Made by a program: the position numbers and the translations under genes. 64,000 nt of DNA from Hyphochytrium catenoides. Lineage: Eukaryota; Protista; Hyphochytriomycota. The stretch covers positions 1-64,000 of the forward strand of contig FLMG01003379.1 in NCBI GenBank assembly GCA_900088475.1, written 5' to 3'. The notes under the pieces were generated by a model. That model saw only the letters and a program-made list of their open reading frames with translations. It was not told where the DNA came from and did not search any database. Shown piece by piece: positions 60,701 through 64,000 of the stretch (its first letter is position 1; the number at the start of each line of letters is the position of its first letter).

Positions 60701-63700
60701 GTTCGACCTGCTTCTACCTCTTCATCTTCATCTTCAGTCTCTCCAATGGCATCGTGGCTTCCACTTCGTGAATGTCCGCACCTGCGATGGCGTCTTCTTC
60801 TCATGAACGGAGAGCTAGACCACATCCGAGTAGGCCATTCATGTTTGGCCATTCTGCGCACGTTACTAGGACTGCATGGGAGCCTGCTGCGCAATGGTCG
60901 ACCAGTGCGACCTCTCCCCTTGGCCCAACGAACCTTGTCTAGACCGGACTTGTTGAAGTCAATAGCCAGGGTGAGCCTCGCAATGTTCCACGGCTAACCT
61001 GTCACAGTCGGCTATCCCATTCTGCTTCTCTGTGGTTGCCTATTGATATAATTTTCGATCGTGTGATGAAACATCCTAATGTGGGCCTCCATCTGACTGT
61101 AGAGATTGGGCAATACCTCATATCTCCCTACCCGTGTACCTGCATATTCTCAAGCGCTCTGATCTACGTTGTCCCACCCTCCTTTCTGCCCGTTACCGAT
61201 TGACTCCCTGCGGTTGTTTGGTTTTAGGCTTTACTTTGCATTGACGATGAAGTAGTGGAGCAGACAGCAGAGCTTCTAGTCAGCCTTTTAGATGAGAACG
61301 AGAGCGCGATATACCGTTTCTACGAGACTGGCGCTCTTTATTTCCTGCTACTCTACACCGGAAAGAACTTCTTACCACTAGCTCGTCTGCTGGAGAAGAC
61401 TCATCTCAAGCAAAAGAGCCTGGGCAATGTAATTGCCTATGATACAGACAACGGAGCCGTAGATCTGGGGAGCTTAGCCCATAACGGTAAAAGTCAGAAG
61501 GCGTGCCTTTGTACTAGTATGCTAAGTCGTTTGCTTCCTACGGGTATAGATGGTCTTCCTAGTGAAGCGAAGCAAATATGGAGGCAGAGCGCTTTGTCGA
61601 AAATGTTGCCTGAAGCCTTGGTGATTGGTAAGCTACACGATATCGAAGTTGCGCTTCCCGGGCAGGAACCCTTTGCACCAGATCACTTCTCAGCTTTGGT
61701 TCCTCTTTGTCTTCACAACTTTGGCTTCACATACGCTACTCCTTCAACCTTGACGTGTGTTCCTTGCGGTCATACTTCTACTGATCGTTATAATCTTACG
61801 CCGCGTAGCACTGATAACCCGAGGACCGGAGCATTTTACTCAGCTCTTTATCTCGGAGGTCAACAGCCCTGAAGTAATATGGCTACGAAGCATGAGAGAG
61901 ACCCTTATCGCCATGCTGATGGAACATTTGGGAGACTTTCCAGCGAGGATCAGACAGAACACGGAGCTACAATACGATTTCGTGCCCATTGCGCCGATTG
62001 TCTACGAGGTATAGTCGTCGTTTGGCCCCTGTTCCCCTCATCTTGTTCTTGGTTGGTCCATATGTCGCGATTAACGCTCTACATCTTGGCTGTATGCTTT
62101 TTAAATCCCCCATGCGCTACGGTCCGCGTTTTATCTTTGGTGCGGCAGGAGTTGCGCGAGGAGTTCTACTGCTGCAACTACTACCTTAAGAACCTCTGCA
62201 ATGATTCGCTATTTCCGGACTGGACTATTGAGGACCCCTTGAAGTTGATGAGATCGCTATACTTGGCTTGGAGGTTTGAGGAGGACAAGGTGGAAGTCGA
62301 GGTAAGCAATAATAACCTCTTTGTTAGCGCCAAACATCTCCGTCGGCCGATGTGGATCCTCTGCGGATGGACGTATTCGTTATCAACCCTGGCCATAACA
62401 TTCTTTAATCGTCTAGTCAACTACTCATCACCTCACGTGCTTTACAGATTAACGTGGATGACGCAATCCAAACTCTGGCGCTGCCGTCGAAGAAAGACCT
62501 CACGCCCGAGGCTGTTCGGACTGCATATCGAAGGCTTGCACGAATGTACTTAATTTACCCTTTGCTTGGCCTTTGTCTTTGGCTAATTAGTTGAAAGTTT
62601 GGATTCCCGTCATCCTCATGCATCTTATCCTGATCCGTTCCCCTTCCCCGTTTGCTGCTCTCTAGACTGCATCTGGTCTTACTCTGTCCTTGCTCCTCCT
62701 CGATCGGCAGCTGCTATTCCATGCCAGAAGTCGAGCAAAAATCTCTCACTTTCCGGCGCATTGATAGCGCCTACCAAGCTCTGGCGCTGGCGAGAAACAA
62801 ACTGAAGACAAGCGGCACGGATCCAGTGCACATATCTCTTATCCTAAAAGCGCAGATATTGGTGTGCAAGAGACATAGCCAGGATCTGAAGATGCTAAGA
62901 TACGACGGCTTTTCTCTTCTAATGCCGCTCATTACAGTTCGGGTATGCAGTAGCTAAGATTATCACCTTGGAAGGGACCAATTAGGGGAGGCGGTATGAG
63001 AACGGCATGGCGAGATCTCTCCCGCCGATAACACCTCGCAAACATTCTTATTATTGTTGACTGGACTCAGCTAGGACCAGTCAGCGGAATTACCCTTATC
63101 AGCAAACAGTGCTTACGAGCCTTGCATTTTGCAGGATGAAGAGAAAGAGACGGGTGTCATACCACCAATGCGCCTCGAACAGTTCTGTCTGGGTGCGGAC
63201 TTGGCGTACAGTATCTGTGTGGCGTCAGTCAGCAATGCTATAGAACTACTCAGAGTGAATGGTATGTCATCAGCTGCATTACTGTGCATCCTTACATCTC
63301 CAGCTTTGTGGGCATTATATAGTATTGTTAAATTGAGGCCCCAACCGTTGCAGGCAATGGGGGAGAAGGGCGAAATCCTCTCTTATATGTATTTAACTAT
63401 CTCTCGTCTCTATCGGATTGCTATTTTGAATTGAACGACCAAATGCAGGTGTTCAGGCCTTGGACGGCTTGTTAAGCTTCTGCTTAAAGCTGATGAAGCC
63501 TGCTTATGACCCACTTTTGAGGGACAGAGGCCCGCCACCCACCCCTCCTTCCCATCCAATCATGAAAGCAGCCATCAATGTAATGCATACAATATCGGGT
63601 CTAGCAGCCTTGCAAGAAGGCCGAAGGACAATGCAATTGGTGAGTCTAACCTCGATTAACACACCCTCTGAGCCCCCCATCGCAAATGCTAGATCAGCAA

Positions 63701-64000
63701 TCCTTTTTTTAGTTCTTAGCATAATTGATACTTAAGTGACTTCGTGCTCGCTCATTCGTTGTCACCCCTATGGTGCAAGCATCGTCTCTGTTCGCTATTT
63801 TTTAAATTCTGAACAGCCCCTTCTCGTTATGTCACCGGCAGGAGACGGACCTAGCTATGGATGTGTGCAACGCTCTTCTTTTTTATCAGAGTGCGGAGCT
63901 TATGCAATATGTATTGGATGCCATTAGTCGCATGGCGCAGAGTGAGGAGCTCCAGGATGCCCTTCTGAGGGCTGGTGTGATGTGGTACCTGGTGTGGCTC
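54717..64000 (+). CDS. DNAJC13: RME-8/DNAJC13 (GRV2) family endosomal protein, many exons, 3' end beyond window
   Basis: N-terminal CTKSTWKGK|YFRLF. IWN-type repeats (PTLVWNSKTR, PEVIWLRSMRETL), IAWNHEEFRVEY, a GYF-2-like segment (EWFYK..EGPVTVEELK), EFYCCNYYLKNLC, and a J-like domain. Confidence 0.9.

Noticed and set aside
62599-62640. HPH/YPD words in the intron as a hidden HPD micro-exon
   Set aside because: No HPD codons with suitable splice sites, and the spliced J-domain already has the expected length.
1-64000. tRNA, rRNA or intact transposase/reverse-transcriptase genes
   Set aside because: None recognisable by eye. A covariance-model scan was not possible, so small RNAs could be missed.

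Overview
This is eukaryotic genomic DNA from an intron-rich, probably flagellated protist. A stramenopile is my best guess from the protein styles and the presence of NME7, but I cannot prove it. The left ~4.9 kb differs sharply from the rest: intronless, tightly packed genes with short A/T-rich spacers. They encode an L1R/F9L-like membrane protein, a 2-TM protein, a signal-anchored GT60 GlcNAc-transferase, a frameshifted 'DPRVDP'-type ankyrin protein, an eroded second GT60 copy, palindromic repeats and an ORF ending in an F-box-like motif. I read this as the right-hand edge of a decaying endogenous giant virus (Nucleocytoviricota) insertion. Next to it is a 5'-disrupted TDP1-like gene. Ordinary host genes follow: RNR small subunit, NME7, an atypical RBR ligase plus its pseudogene, an LPCAT-like EF-hand acyltransferase, PRP39, CDC20, a membrane protein, a coiled-coil protein, Gemin2, an ankyrin/Zn-ribbon protein, Lon protease, Spt20, and RME-8/DNAJC13 (runs off the window). 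Host-side highlights are clustered E2F/MYB-MSA/CHR/CCAAT-like motifs upstream of CDC20 and RNR, an RME-8 J-domain lacking HPD, an NME7 domain A lacking its catalytic His, and recurrent short tandem duplications. All exon boundaries were inferred by eye and no database searches were run.
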